Positions 51,269 to 60,121 of a stretch of DNA of 64,000 nt are shown here, in pieces. Positions within the stretch are counted from its first letter, which is position 1. Each line of letters starts with the position of its first letter. Origin of the DNA: an uncultured Oscillospiraceae bacterium (lineage in GTDB: Bacteria > Bacillota > Clostridia > Oscillospirales > Oscillospiraceae); the NCBI GenBank assembly GCA_964384255.1, contig CAYLKH010000001.1, forward strand, positions 10,668-74,667, written 5' to 3'. Made by a program: the position numbers and the translations under genes. The notes below the pieces were generated by a model, which saw nothing but the letters and a program-made list of their open reading frames with translations, made no database searches and was not told the origin of the DNA.

Positions 51269-51489
51269 ACTTGAATATGAACAATAACTATCAGCAGTCT
51301 CCCAACCAGCCCCATATCAATTATGACGCTGTTGACAAGCTCCAGATGCAGCAGGTGCAGCAGGCTATGGAGTCAAACAGCTTTGGCAAAACCCGGGCGC
51401 GCAAAAAAAGCGGAAACGACTGGAAAACGCTGGTTATCGCCATAGGCATTGTGGCGGTTATAGTCCTGGGGATAATAATTCTGCTGTAA
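51265..51489 (+). CDS. Small Gln/Asn-rich protein with a C-terminal TM anchor
   Basis: 74 aa. ATGA start/stop overlap with the MerR-like gene. KTLVIAIGIVAVIVLGIIILL is the tail anchor. Confidence 0.5.
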   Translation: MNLNMNNNYQQSPNQPHINYDAVDKLQMQQVQQAMESNSFGKTRARKKSGNDWKTLVIAIGIVAVIVLGIIILL

Positions 51490-51495
51490 ATAGCG

Positions 51496-51545
51496 GCAGC
51501 GTGCCGAAAACCATCAGCTGATGGCTCCGGCACGCTGCTTTTTTG
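51496..51545 (+). terminator. Intrinsic terminator
   Basis: GCAGCGTGCCG ... CGGCACGCTGC stem followed by TTTTTT. Confidence 0.6.
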
Positions 51546-51552
51546 CGGCCAT

Positions 51553-51954
51553 TTATCTTGCGGCGGTGCCGCCGGTGGTGCCTTCGTTGCCAACATGGCC
51601 GTCGCTGTCGCTGACAACGCCGTCGTGAGCATCGTTGCCCTTTTCTGCGCCGTCAATGGCTCCGTCCACAGCGCCCTCAACAGCTCCGGCAACTCCACCA
51701 ACAACTCCGTCGACTGCGTCGCCTATGGCGGTCCCGGTGTCGGTCCTGTCGTTTGTGTCAGGAGTGGTTACATTGTCGTCGGCAGGATCGTTGTCAGCGG
51801 GGGTAGTCACGGTGACAGAGGGGGATGGGCTTGCGCTTTCCGATACCTGGGGAGATACGGTGGTGTCGGATCCTTCTTTTTCTTTGCCTGTACAGGCTGA
51901 AAAACCGCACATCATCATGGCGGCAATAATCAGAACTGCGGTGGTTCTTTTCAT
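51553..51954 (-). CDS. Low-complexity lipoprotein
   Basis: MKRTTAVLIIAAMMMCGFSACTG lipobox, followed by a Ser/Thr/Pro/Asp-rich region and then a Gly/Ala/Val/Asp-rich region. Confidence 0.6.
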   Translation of the reverse strand: MKRTTAVLIIAAMMMCGFSACTGKEKEGSDTTVSPQVSESASPSPSVTVTTPADNDPADDNVTTPDTNDRTDTGTAIGDAVDGVVGGVAGAVEGAVDGAIDGAEKGNDAHDGVVSDSDGHVGNEGTTGGTAAR

Positions 51955-52096
51955 TATTGATTCCTCCGGTCGATCTTGTTCGGCAGCTGCCGGTCAGGCG
52001 GTGGTCAGATCCCAGCCGGAGCTGTCCATAATCCTGACCCGCAGTTGCCCTGTGAAAAGTATTATTAGCAGTTATTTAAAAAATATAAAAAACCTC

Positions 52097-52144
52097 TTGC
52101 AATTTATTTAAAATGTGCTAATATAAAAAACAGGAATGATTCTT
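52097..52144 (+). promoter_or_regulatory. Candidate rubrerythrin promoter with a Fur/PerR-like inverted repeat just downstream
   Basis: TTGCAA, 16 nt, TAATAT (TGc extended -10), then AGGAATGATTCTT (52132-52144; GAAT-g-ATTC core palindrome). Confidence 0.35.
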
Positions 52145-52190
52145 ATTTTTGAAATAAACTAAAAATCTGTACTTTTATGGAGGAAACAAT

Positions 52191-52724
52191 ATGGAACTTA
52201 AAGGCAGCAAAACCGAAGCCAATCTGCTTTTTGCATTTGCAGGCGAATCTCAGGCCAGAAATAAATACACTTACTTTGCTTCCGTCGCTAAAAAAGAGGG
52301 CTATGAGCAGATAGCCGCCATTTTCCAGGAAACTGCCGACAACGAAAAAGAACACGCAAAACTGTGGTTCAAGCAGCTGGGCGGCATCGGCGACACCCGT
52401 GCCAACCTCATCGCCGCCGCCGAGGGCGAAAACGAAGAATGGACTTCCATGTATAAAGAATTTGCCGAGGTCGCCAAAGAAGAGGGCTTTGACCACATCG
52501 CTTATCTGTTTTCCGAGGTGGGCAAGATCGAAAAGCACCACGAAGAACGCTATCTGAAACTGGTCGCCAACCTGGACGACGAACTGGTGTTCGCCCGCGG
52601 CGAAGAGCAGATCTGGATCTGCCGCAACTGTGGCCATATCGTCAAGGGCGCTTCCGCACCCAGGATGTGTCCCGTCTGCGCTCATCCCCAGTCTTATTTT
52701 GAACTTTACAGCTCAAATTATTAA
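52191..52724 (+). CDS. rbr: Rubrerythrin
   Basis: MELKGSKTEANLLFAFAGESQARNKYTYFA (ferritin-like diiron ExxH motifs) plus a C-terminal rubredoxin, WICRNCGH...CPVCAHP. Confidence 0.93.
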   Translation: MELKGSKTEANLLFAFAGESQARNKYTYFASVAKKEGYEQIAAIFQETADNEKEHAKLWFKQLGGIGDTRANLIAAAEGENEEWTSMYKEFAEVAKEEGFDHIAYLFSEVGKIEKHHEERYLKLVANLDDELVFARGEEQIWICRNCGHIVKGASAPRMCPVCAHPQSYFELYSSNY

Positions 52725-52738
52725 TTTATCAAACCTTT

Positions 52739-52770
52739 AAGGGCCGCGAGCTAAACTGCTCGCGGCCCTT
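52739..52770. terminator. Bidirectional terminator between rbr and P3
   Basis: AAGGGCCGCGAGC taaact GCTCGCGGCCCTT, a 13-bp stem followed by TTGG. Confidence 0.7.
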
Positions 52771-52832
52771 TTGGCGTGATTTATGAATCGTGTTGTCGGC
52801 TGGCGGATGAGTTATCCGGCCACCGGGGCGGA

Positions 52833-54947
52833 TCAGCCCTTAACGAGGATCTTGCCGGTGTATACCCTGCCGGGTTCCACAGCGACTTCAGCGCCGTCCA
52901 TCAGGACAGTACCCTTGATGGCGCAGCCGGCTTCTACTTCCAGCCTGCTGATAAAGCTGTCGCCAACAGGAGTCCAGACGGAACCGTTCTTCAATGATAC
53001 CCAAACGCCGTTGTTTACGGTGGGAGATGGGGTGTTGCTCAGGTTGCCCAGAAGGGTGGCATCGGCAGAAACGATGTGGCCTTCGTCAGCGGTGAGCTTT
53101 TCGGTGCCGATAACGATGGTCTTGCCGTTGGCGTCCAGCTCGGGAGTGAATGCCCAGGCAGGCTCAGCCATCATCATGGGCATCATGCCGCCCATATCAG
53201 GCATACCGCCCATATCAGGCATACCACCCATATCGGGACCGCCGGGGCCGCCGGGCATACCGCCGCCGGGAGCGCCGCCGCCCATGCCGGGCATCTTGCT
53301 CTTGGGTTTTTCCCAGGTACCCCTGATCTCGTAGCCATCAGCGTTGATGGCGATAGCGCCGTATTCGTTGTCGGCCTTGGCGGTGAAGAAGGAGTATTCG
53401 TCGTGCAGTGCGGTGGAGGAGGAGCAGGCGCCTTCGATCTCGCAGTTGTCGAAGCTGAGAATGAGGTTCTGACCCCACCATTTCATGCCTTCGCCTTCGG
53501 TCTCGACGGTGATGCTGTTGAAGAAATTGCCCTTAAGAGCGGTCTCGCCCCTGCAGTCCTTGAAGCTGGCCTGAACGTCGCCAATAAAGCCGTTGACATC
53601 GAACTTGCGGAAGAAGCTCTGGTTTCTCAGATTGTAGTCATAGGGGTTATACTTGGGATCGGCTTCCACGGGAGCGGAAGTATCCATTTTTTCCTTGAAA
53701 GCGGAGCTGCCCATGCCGGGGTCGTCGCAGACCATCAGCTGAACGATAACGCCCTTTTCGGAATTGAATTTGCTGTTTACGACTTCGATAACAGGAACGC
53801 AGGCCTTGACCAGGAAAGCAGCGCCGTAGGTATTGAAGGTAGAGTCCTTGACCTCGGTAATGCCGCAGGGAGCGAACTGGCCTTCGGTGCCGGGTACCCA
53901 GCGGACGTTGCCGGTCTTGTGGTACATAACGCCGTACTTGGTGGTGACGTTGCAGCCGTCGTACCAGCCTGCGCTGGCGTGTTCGTTGGCCACAACGGCG
54001 GCGTAGGTCATGCCGTACTTTTTGGTGCTGTAGTTATAGTCAACACCGGTATCCTTTAAACCGGCCTTGAGAGCCTTGAAGGCATCGGAATCAGCGGCGT
54101 TGCCTACGGTGCAGCCGTAGAATTTGTTAAAGCAGCCGCCGATGGAATAGGTGGCGTAGCAGCTGGGGTCGGGGGTGCTGTCGGTAGTAACGTCGATAAC
54201 GCTGCCGCGAACGTTCATGTCGATGGAATATGCGCCCCAGTTAACGGTGTCGCCGGTGTCGTCGACAGACAGAACGCCCCAACCATCGGACAGAAGGATA
54301 TCGTTTTCGTAGTTAACGGTAGAGTAGCCGTCGCACATGGTGGCTCTGGCATGACCGTTGGCGCTGATACCCAGCATCCAGGGGCAGCTGGACATACCTT
54401 CGGCAAAGGATTCGTGCCTGGAGCCGTCGGCACGGACGAAGGAGTTCTTAACGGTAACGTTCAGCTTGTCTTCAGCCTTGGTGCCACCGGCAAAAACGCC
54501 GTGACGGACAGCACCGGATGCATCGAAAACATAGCCGTCGGCCACAACGTTGGATTTGCCATAGCAGGCAATACCTGCGCCAAAGCCCTTAAAGTCGTTG
54601 CCGCCGGAGCCGTGGGCGGTCATGGTAAGGCCGCTTACGGTGTAGTCGGTGTCGTTGATCATAACGCCGTTGAAGTGCCGGTTTTCGGATTTGATAACGC
54701 CGCCTTCCAGCTTTGCGCCATCGAAGGAGCCGCCGCTGATGGCGGCGGTAACGGACTGGGACTCGGATACCTTGCCGCCGTCGATAAACAGGGCGGTGCG
54801 ATAGTCGGCGCTGCCTTTGGTCATGCCGCCGTTATACAGGCCGGTTTCGGGAGCGATAGCTCCGGTTTCGTACAAAACGGCGCCAGCGGTGCCTTCGGGG
54901 ACCTCAACGCCGTCTTTAAGCCAGGTGCTGAGCTTTTTAACATCCAT
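52833..54947 (-). CDS. Beta-helix family protein, paralogue P3, with a Met/Gly/Pro cassette near the C-terminus
   Basis: 704 aa with no signal peptide. GGNDFKGFGAGIAC, CPWMLGISANGHARAT, DGWGVLSVDDTGD and LMVCDDPGMG match P1. The cassette KMPGMGGGAPGGGMPGGPGGPDMGGMPDMGGMPDMGGMMPMMM precedes the shared C-terminal module. Confidence 0.8.
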   Translation of the reverse strand: MDVKKLSTWLKDGVEVPEGTAGAVLYETGAIAPETGLYNGGMTKGSADYRTALFIDGGKVSESQSVTAAISGGSFDGAKLEGGVIKSENRHFNGVMINDTDYTVSGLTMTAHGSGGNDFKGFGAGIACYGKSNVVADGYVFDASGAVRHGVFAGGTKAEDKLNVTVKNSFVRADGSRHESFAEGMSSCPWMLGISANGHARATMCDGYSTVNYENDILLSDGWGVLSVDDTGDTVNWGAYSIDMNVRGSVIDVTTDSTPDPSCYATYSIGGCFNKFYGCTVGNAADSDAFKALKAGLKDTGVDYNYSTKKYGMTYAAVVANEHASAGWYDGCNVTTKYGVMYHKTGNVRWVPGTEGQFAPCGITEVKDSTFNTYGAAFLVKACVPVIEVVNSKFNSEKGVIVQLMVCDDPGMGSSAFKEKMDTSAPVEADPKYNPYDYNLRNQSFFRKFDVNGFIGDVQASFKDCRGETALKGNFFNSITVETEGEGMKWWGQNLILSFDNCEIEGACSSSTALHDEYSFFTAKADNEYGAIAINADGYEIRGTWEKPKSKMPGMGGGAPGGGMPGGPGGPDMGGMPDMGGMPDMGGMMPMMMAEPAWAFTPELDANGKTIVIGTEKLTADEGHIVSADATLLGNLSNTPSPTVNNGVWVSLKNGSVWTPVGDSFISRLEVEAGCAIKGTVLMDGAEVAVEPGRVYTGKILVKG
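53168..53300. repeat. Tandem 18-nt repeat (DMGGMP x3) plus Gly/Pro/Met tract in P3
   Basis: CATATCAGGCATACCGCC / CATATCAGGCATACCACC / CATATCGGGACCGCC on the + strand. Confidence 0.85.
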
Positions 54948-54994
54948 GGTTTGTGGTTCCTTTCATTTTCGTATTGTTTAGTATTCTGACAATA

Positions 54995-55023
54995 ATTGTA
55001 TGACAAACCAAAACTGATGTCAA
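54995..55023 (-). promoter_or_regulatory. Near-consensus sigma-A promoter for P3
   Basis: On the minus strand: TTGACA (55023-55018), 17 nt, TACAAT (55000-54995). Confidence 0.55.
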
Positions 55024-55049
55024 GCAAATGGCCGCAATTGTTGAAGGCG

Positions 55050-55862
55050 CTACTTTCCGATGGTTATGGTCAGCACCAGAGCGTCGTCGGTTTCACTGCG
55101 CTGCATATGGGCGCATATGCCTGCATCCTGCATGGTCCGCAGATTATTCTTGACAGAGTTGAGAAAGAATCTTACGTCCTTCAATAGCAGGGTGCGGGTC
55201 TGGCCGGGGGATTTTTCTGCCGATGGGGCAAGCAGCGAATCGATATATTGCTCGGTTTTGGCGACAGTCAGGTCGTTGGCGATAACATATTGCAGCGCCT
55301 GCCAGCGGTCAGCTTCGTCATCGATGCGAAGCAGCGCCCTTGCATGGCGCTCGGAAAGCCCGCTTTCCCGCATGGCCTGCAATATCCGGGGCGAATGCTT
55401 AAGCAGCCTGAGCTTGTTGGCAACGGCAGACTGGGAACGGCCTACTTTGGCGGCGGCCTGCTCCTGACTCAGGCCATATAGCTTCATCAGTCGGGCCAGC
55501 CCCTGAGCCTCCTCGATAAAATCCAGATCCCTGCGTTGAAGATTTTCCACCAGGGCGATCATGCCGGACTGCTGACTGTCCACCGACAGCACGATACATG
55601 GGACATCGCTCAATCCGGCCAGAGCGGCGGCCCTGAGCCTGCGCTCCCCGGCCACCAGCTCATAACCTCCGGACCTTTTTCTTACCGAAAGGGGCTGGAT
55701 GATGCCATAGCTTTTGATGCTGTTGGCCAGCTCCTCCAGGGCCTGACGTTCAAAAATCTTTCGGGGCTGATCCGGATTGGGAGATATGTCCCTGATGGGG
55801 ATATAAACCACGCGATTGTTTTCAAAAAAAGTTCGTCTTCTGAAAGGTTCCATTTGCTCCAC
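55050..55862 (-). CDS. ParB-family protein, Noc-like (nucleoid occlusion type)
   Basis: ISPNPDQPRKIF, GIIQPLSV, YELVAGERRLRAA (ParB box), HTH GLSQEQAAAKVGRSQSAVANKLRLL, LSERHARALL. The C-terminal KDVRFFLNSVKNNLRTMQDAG...LTITIGK resembles the B. subtilis Noc tail. The N-terminal FRRRTFF could be an amphipathic membrane tag. Confidence 0.75.
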   Translation of the reverse strand: MEQMEPFRRRTFFENNRVVYIPIRDISPNPDQPRKIFERQALEELANSIKSYGIIQPLSVRKRSGGYELVAGERRLRAAALAGLSDVPCIVLSVDSQQSGMIALVENLQRRDLDFIEEAQGLARLMKLYGLSQEQAAAKVGRSQSAVANKLRLLKHSPRILQAMRESGLSERHARALLRIDDEADRWQALQYVIANDLTVAKTEQYIDSLLAPSAEKSPGQTRTLLLKDVRFFLNSVKNNLRTMQDAGICAHMQRSETDDALVLTITIGK

Positions 55863-55965
55863 CTCGAAATGTAAATAATTTCCATATTATGTATACCTAT
55901 TGTACACCCGGGACCCGGTGGATAATAGTGAAAGCTGTCGGGGGCCCGGCCTTTGCAAATTATGG

Positions 55966-55994
55966 TTGAAACCGGCCCGATGTTGCGATATTAT
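55966..55994 (+). promoter_or_regulatory. Candidate promoter for the GH3 operon
   Basis: TTGAAA, 17 nt, TATTAT. Confidence 0.4.
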
Positions 55995-56036
55995 ATATTG
56001 TAAGAAAACATAAATTTCATTGAAGGCGGAAATAAT

Positions 56037-58601
56037 ATGGCTACAATAAGAAATACTCTGCTTACCGGTCCCGCCCGGGAAGCCTTCTGCGCCCAGGTGT
56101 CCCGGCTGGCGGCTGCCGAAAGCATGGTCCTGATGAAAAACGAAAACGGACTGCTGCCCCTTGCATCCGACCAGGGGAAATATCCCATAGCCGTTTTCGG
56201 TATTGGGCAGATATATTCGGTCAAGGGCGGCACCGGCTCAGGAGAAGTAAATAATGTCAACAATGTGAACATACTGGAAGGGCTTACTGCCTGCGGATCG
56301 CTGGAGGTCGACCGGCTGGTAGCCTCCAAATACGAAGCCTGGGTGGCTAACCACCCCAAAAAGGAAGCGAACTTCCTTGCGCCCGACGTGTTTTCTCAGG
56401 AAGAAATGCCCCTGAGCATCGTCAATGTTGAGCTGGCTGCTCAGCGTAACAGCGCGGCGGTCATCGTCATTTCCCGGGTCGCCGGTGAAGGGGCTGACAT
56501 GCCCGGAAGCCGGGGAGACTATTTCCTCAGCCCCGGCGAAGAAGACATGATAGACCAGGTCTGCACCCACTTTGAAAACGTTGTGCTGCTGCTGAACACC
56601 TCCGGCGTTATTGATACCTCCTTTATCGACAGCCGTATCGGCGCGGTGCTTTTTACCTCCCTGCCCGGACAGGAGGGGGGACACGCTGTGGCCGACGTGC
56701 TTTGCGGCGCGGTGGTTCCCTCCGGCAAGCTGACCGACAGCTGGACAAAACACATTGAGGACTACCCCTCTTATCGCAATTTCGGCACCGGTAAGAAAAA
56801 CGGCCTTGAGTTCCCTGCCATGGGTCCCGGAGGAAACGGAGGCATGGAGCAGCAGTGCTACATCAACTATGAAGAAAGCATTTTCGTCGGCTATCGCTAT
56901 TTCGATACCTTTGGGGTAGACGTGGCCTTCCCCTTTGGCCACGGACTGTCCTACGCAGACTTTGAGACAACTGACTGCGCCATGGAGGTGGACAGCGGAC
57001 GCATAACCGTCAGGACTACTGTCGCCAACATCAGCGACCGGTATTGCGGCAAGGATGTTCTGGAGGTTTATTTCTCCGCCCCCGACGGAAAGCTGGAAAA
57101 GCCATATCAGGAGCTGGCAGGATTTGCCAAAACCGGTCTGCTGGCTCCCGGCGAGAGCCAGCAGCTCAGCGTGACCTTTGACGTGAACGACATGGCTTCT
57201 TACAGCCAGGAGGATTCCGCATATATCCTTGAAAGCGGGTATTACTATATCCGGGCGGGCAGAAGCTCGAGAGATACCTTTATCGTCGGCGCCGTATACA
57301 TCGACCGCGAGGTCAGGACCCTTACCCTTTCCGGCCGGCTGAAAATGCTCCCCGGCGGCGACTTTAAGGCTGTCAGCAAGCAGGGAGCCATCCCCCTGAC
57401 CTATGACGGCGAGGAGCTTCAGATGGAGGCGGCGCGGAAGATGGCCGTCCGGCTCAGCTCAAAAAGCTTTAAACCCAGGACCGTTCATTACAGGGGCGAA
57501 CCAAAGCTTTGCGCCGCCAGTGAAGGGGAAGGACTCACCCTTGACGACGTAAGAGCGGGAAAATGCACCGTGGCAAATCTGGTGGCTCAGATGACTGTTG
57601 AGGAAATGGCGTCCCTGTGCTGCGGTACCGGCATGGATATGTCTGCCATGCCTGCGGATATATTCGAGAATATGCCAAAGGGCGACGACGGCGAAGCATC
57701 CCACATGGGGGTTGGGGGCATGGATGCGGGAGAACCCAATTCCGTCCCCGGAGCTGCCGGTCAGACCGTTGACATGACCGAAAAATACGGTATCCGTCGT
57801 ATCATTCTGGCCGACGGCCCTGCGGGAGTTCGCATAACCCGTGAGATAAAAGACGACGAGGGCCAGGTGGTCAAACGCCAGAACTGCACTGCCTTCCCGG
57901 TGGGTACCCTTCTGGCTTCCAGCTGGGACACAGAGCTTATTCGTTCTGTTGGCGCTGCCGTCGGCATGGAAATGCTGGAATACAAGATCGACCTGTGGCT
58001 TGCGCCGGGTATGAATATCCATCGCCATCCCTATTGCGGCAGAAACTTTGAATACTATTCCGAAGATCCCCGCCTTGCGGGCGCTGTGGCCGCGGCCATG
58101 ACCGAAGGCGTCCAGTCCCGTGGGGTCGGCGTGACCCTTAAGCATTTTGCCTGCAACAACCAGGAGGATCAGCGCACAAACTCCAACTCTGTCGTTGACC
58201 AGCGGGCGCTGAGAGAGATATATCTCAAGGGCTTTGAGGTGGCGGTCAAAAAGGCATCGCCTATGGCTATCATGACCTCTTATAACGACATTAACGGCGT
58301 TCCTGCTGCGGACAACTACGACCTGTGTACCGCCATAACAAGGGACGAATGGGGCTTCAAGGGCATTATCATGACCGACTGGGGCGGCGGCAATTCCAGC
58401 CCTGCCATAAGCATGTATGCCGGTAACGACATGATCCAGCCCGGCGGACATTCCAGCGTTAGGGCCATAATTGACGGCGTGGAAAGCAGCGACCCTGTTA
58501 CCTCAAAGGGTCAGGCGGCAAAGCAGGTAACCGTTACCCGGGCCATGCTGGAAAGGTCTGTATGCCATATCCTTAATGTTCTGCTCAGATTGCCTGAATA
58601 A
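56037..58601 (+). CDS. Glycoside hydrolase family 3 beta-glucosidase-like enzyme with permuted domain order
   Basis: The GH3 C-terminal alpha/beta sandwich comes first (SMVLMKNENGLLPL...GTGSGEV), then an Fn3-like domain (LEVYFSAPDGKLEKPYQELAGFAKT), then the GH3 N-terminal barrel (GPAGVRI..., KHFACNNQE, SYNDINGVPA, GIIMTDWGG). No signal peptide. Confidence 0.88.
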   Translation: MATIRNTLLTGPAREAFCAQVSRLAAAESMVLMKNENGLLPLASDQGKYPIAVFGIGQIYSVKGGTGSGEVNNVNNVNILEGLTACGSLEVDRLVASKYEAWVANHPKKEANFLAPDVFSQEEMPLSIVNVELAAQRNSAAVIVISRVAGEGADMPGSRGDYFLSPGEEDMIDQVCTHFENVVLLLNTSGVIDTSFIDSRIGAVLFTSLPGQEGGHAVADVLCGAVVPSGKLTDSWTKHIEDYPSYRNFGTGKKNGLEFPAMGPGGNGGMEQQCYINYEESIFVGYRYFDTFGVDVAFPFGHGLSYADFETTDCAMEVDSGRITVRTTVANISDRYCGKDVLEVYFSAPDGKLEKPYQELAGFAKTGLLAPGESQQLSVTFDVNDMASYSQEDSAYILESGYYYIRAGRSSRDTFIVGAVYIDREVRTLTLSGRLKMLPGGDFKAVSKQGAIPLTYDGEELQMEAARKMAVRLSSKSFKPRTVHYRGEPKLCAASEGEGLTLDDVRAGKCTVANLVAQMTVEEMASLCCGTGMDMSAMPADIFENMPKGDDGEASHMGVGGMDAGEPNSVPGAAGQTVDMTEKYGIRRIILADGPAGVRITREIKDDEGQVVKRQNCTAFPVGTLLASSWDTELIRSVGAAVGMEMLEYKIDLWLAPGMNIHRHPYCGRNFEYYSEDPRLAGAVAAAMTEGVQSRGVGVTLKHFACNNQEDQRTNSNSVVDQRALREIYLKGFEVAVKKASPMAIMTSYNDINGVPAADNYDLCTAITRDEWGFKGIIMTDWGGGNSSPAISMYAGNDMIQPGGHSSVRAIIDGVESSDPVTSKGQAAKQVTVTRAMLERSVCHILNVLLRLPE

Positions 58602-58702
58602 CCGCTGACCTGATCGTCGGTTACACGAATCAAATAATCGGCCGCCGGGGTCGGCGAGCCGGGAAAGGACGCTTTTATCAAAAAGCGACAGAATAGATAC
58701 CT

Positions 58703-60091
58703 ATGACTGATAATATCGTTATTGTCGGAGCCGGTCCTGCGGGTATATTTACTGCGGTTGAAATGCTCCGCAAAGGAAGTAAAAAGAAGATAACCATCGT
58801 CGAAAAGGGCAGAGCCGTTGAAAACCGGGTATGCCCCAAGGCAAAAACCGGCAAATGCATGAGCTGCAAGCCCTATTGCCATATCACCACCGGATTTTCC
58901 GGAGCGGGAGCTTTTTCTGACGGTAAGCTTTCCCTGAGCTATGAGGTCGGCGGGGATCTGCCCAGCCTCATTGGCGAAAATCTGGCCCAGGATACTATCG
59001 ACTATGCCGACAAAATTTATCTCGAATTTGGGGCCGACACCCATGTTGAGGGGGTTGGAGATCCGGAGGAGGTAAAAGATATCCGCCGCCGGGCCATCAA
59101 CGCCGGATTGAAGCTGGTGGATTGCCCCATACGCCATATGGGTACCGAAAAGGCTCAGGATATTTATTATCGCATTGAGCAATATCTGGTAGACAACGGC
59201 GTTGAGCTTATTTTTGGATGGGAGTGTACCGACCTTATCCTTGAAAGCGGCTGCTGCAAGGGCGTACGGATCACCAATGGCGGCAACACCCGGGAGCTTT
59301 CTGCTGCCCACACTATCGTGGCTACCGGCCGCAGAGGAGCCGACTGGCTGGAAAAAATATGCGCCGAATATGGTATCGCCCATCAGCCCGGGACCGTGGA
59401 TATCGGCGTCCGGGTCGAGGTGCGCAACGAGATAATGGAAACCGTCAACAAGGTCCTTTATGAATCCAAGCTTATTGGATATCCTCAGCCCTTTAAGAAC
59501 AAGGTCCGCACCTTCTGCCAGAATCCCGGCGGATTTGTCAGCCAGGAAAATTACGACAACGATCTGGCTGTGGTCAACGGACATTCCTTTAAGGACACCA
59601 AGTCCAACAATACCAACCTGGCTATCCTCTGCTCCCACAACTTTGTTTATCCCTTCAATCAGCCTATTGCCTATGCCCAGAAGATCGGCGAGCTGACAAA
59701 TATGCTGGGAGCGGGGCATATTCTGGTCCAGCGCTTTGGGGATATTCTCGACGGAAAACGCACCTGGGAAAAGGAGCTTAGCCAGTCAAACGTCCGGCCC
59801 ACCCTGCCTGATGCCGTGGCCGGTGACATAACCGCCGCCATGCCTTATCGGGCTATGATAAATATTATCAACTTCATCAAGGCTGTGGACCATGTTGTTC
59901 CCGGCTTTGCGGCCAACGAGACTCTGCTGTATTCCCCCGAGCTTAAGTTCTATTCCAACAGGGTGAAGATGGACGAGAACTTCAACACCAATGTTGAAGG
60001 ACTCCACTGCCTTGGCGATTCCAGCGGCTGGACAAGAGGTCTGATGATGGCATCGGTCATGGGCGTGCTTATGGGCCGTAAGCTGGTTTAA
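58703..60091 (+). CDS. FAD-dependent protein (COG2509 family, uncharacterised oxidoreductase)
   Basis: IVIVGAGPAGIFTAVEM dinucleotide fold, GFSGAGAFSDGKL, and C-terminal GLHCLGDSSGWTRGLMMA. Confidence 0.78.
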   Translation: MTDNIVIVGAGPAGIFTAVEMLRKGSKKKITIVEKGRAVENRVCPKAKTGKCMSCKPYCHITTGFSGAGAFSDGKLSLSYEVGGDLPSLIGENLAQDTIDYADKIYLEFGADTHVEGVGDPEEVKDIRRRAINAGLKLVDCPIRHMGTEKAQDIYYRIEQYLVDNGVELIFGWECTDLILESGCCKGVRITNGGNTRELSAAHTIVATGRRGADWLEKICAEYGIAHQPGTVDIGVRVEVRNEIMETVNKVLYESKLIGYPQPFKNKVRTFCQNPGGFVSQENYDNDLAVVNGHSFKDTKSNNTNLAILCSHNFVYPFNQPIAYAQKIGELTNMLGAGHILVQRFGDILDGKRTWEKELSQSNVRPTLPDAVAGDITAAMPYRAMINIINFIKAVDHVVPGFAANETLLYSPELKFYSNRVKMDENFNTNVEGLHCLGDSSGWTRGLMMASVMGVLMGRKLV

Positions 60092-60121
60092 TGTAATCAA
60101 TTTAAGAGTTAAGGTATAGAT

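Noticed and set aside
55863-56036. A parS / Noc-binding site near the ParB-like gene.
   Set aside because: No 16-bp TGTTNCACGTGAAACA-like palindrome was found here or elsewhere in the window by eye. Only the short CCGGGACCCGG motif is present, and it is reported separately.
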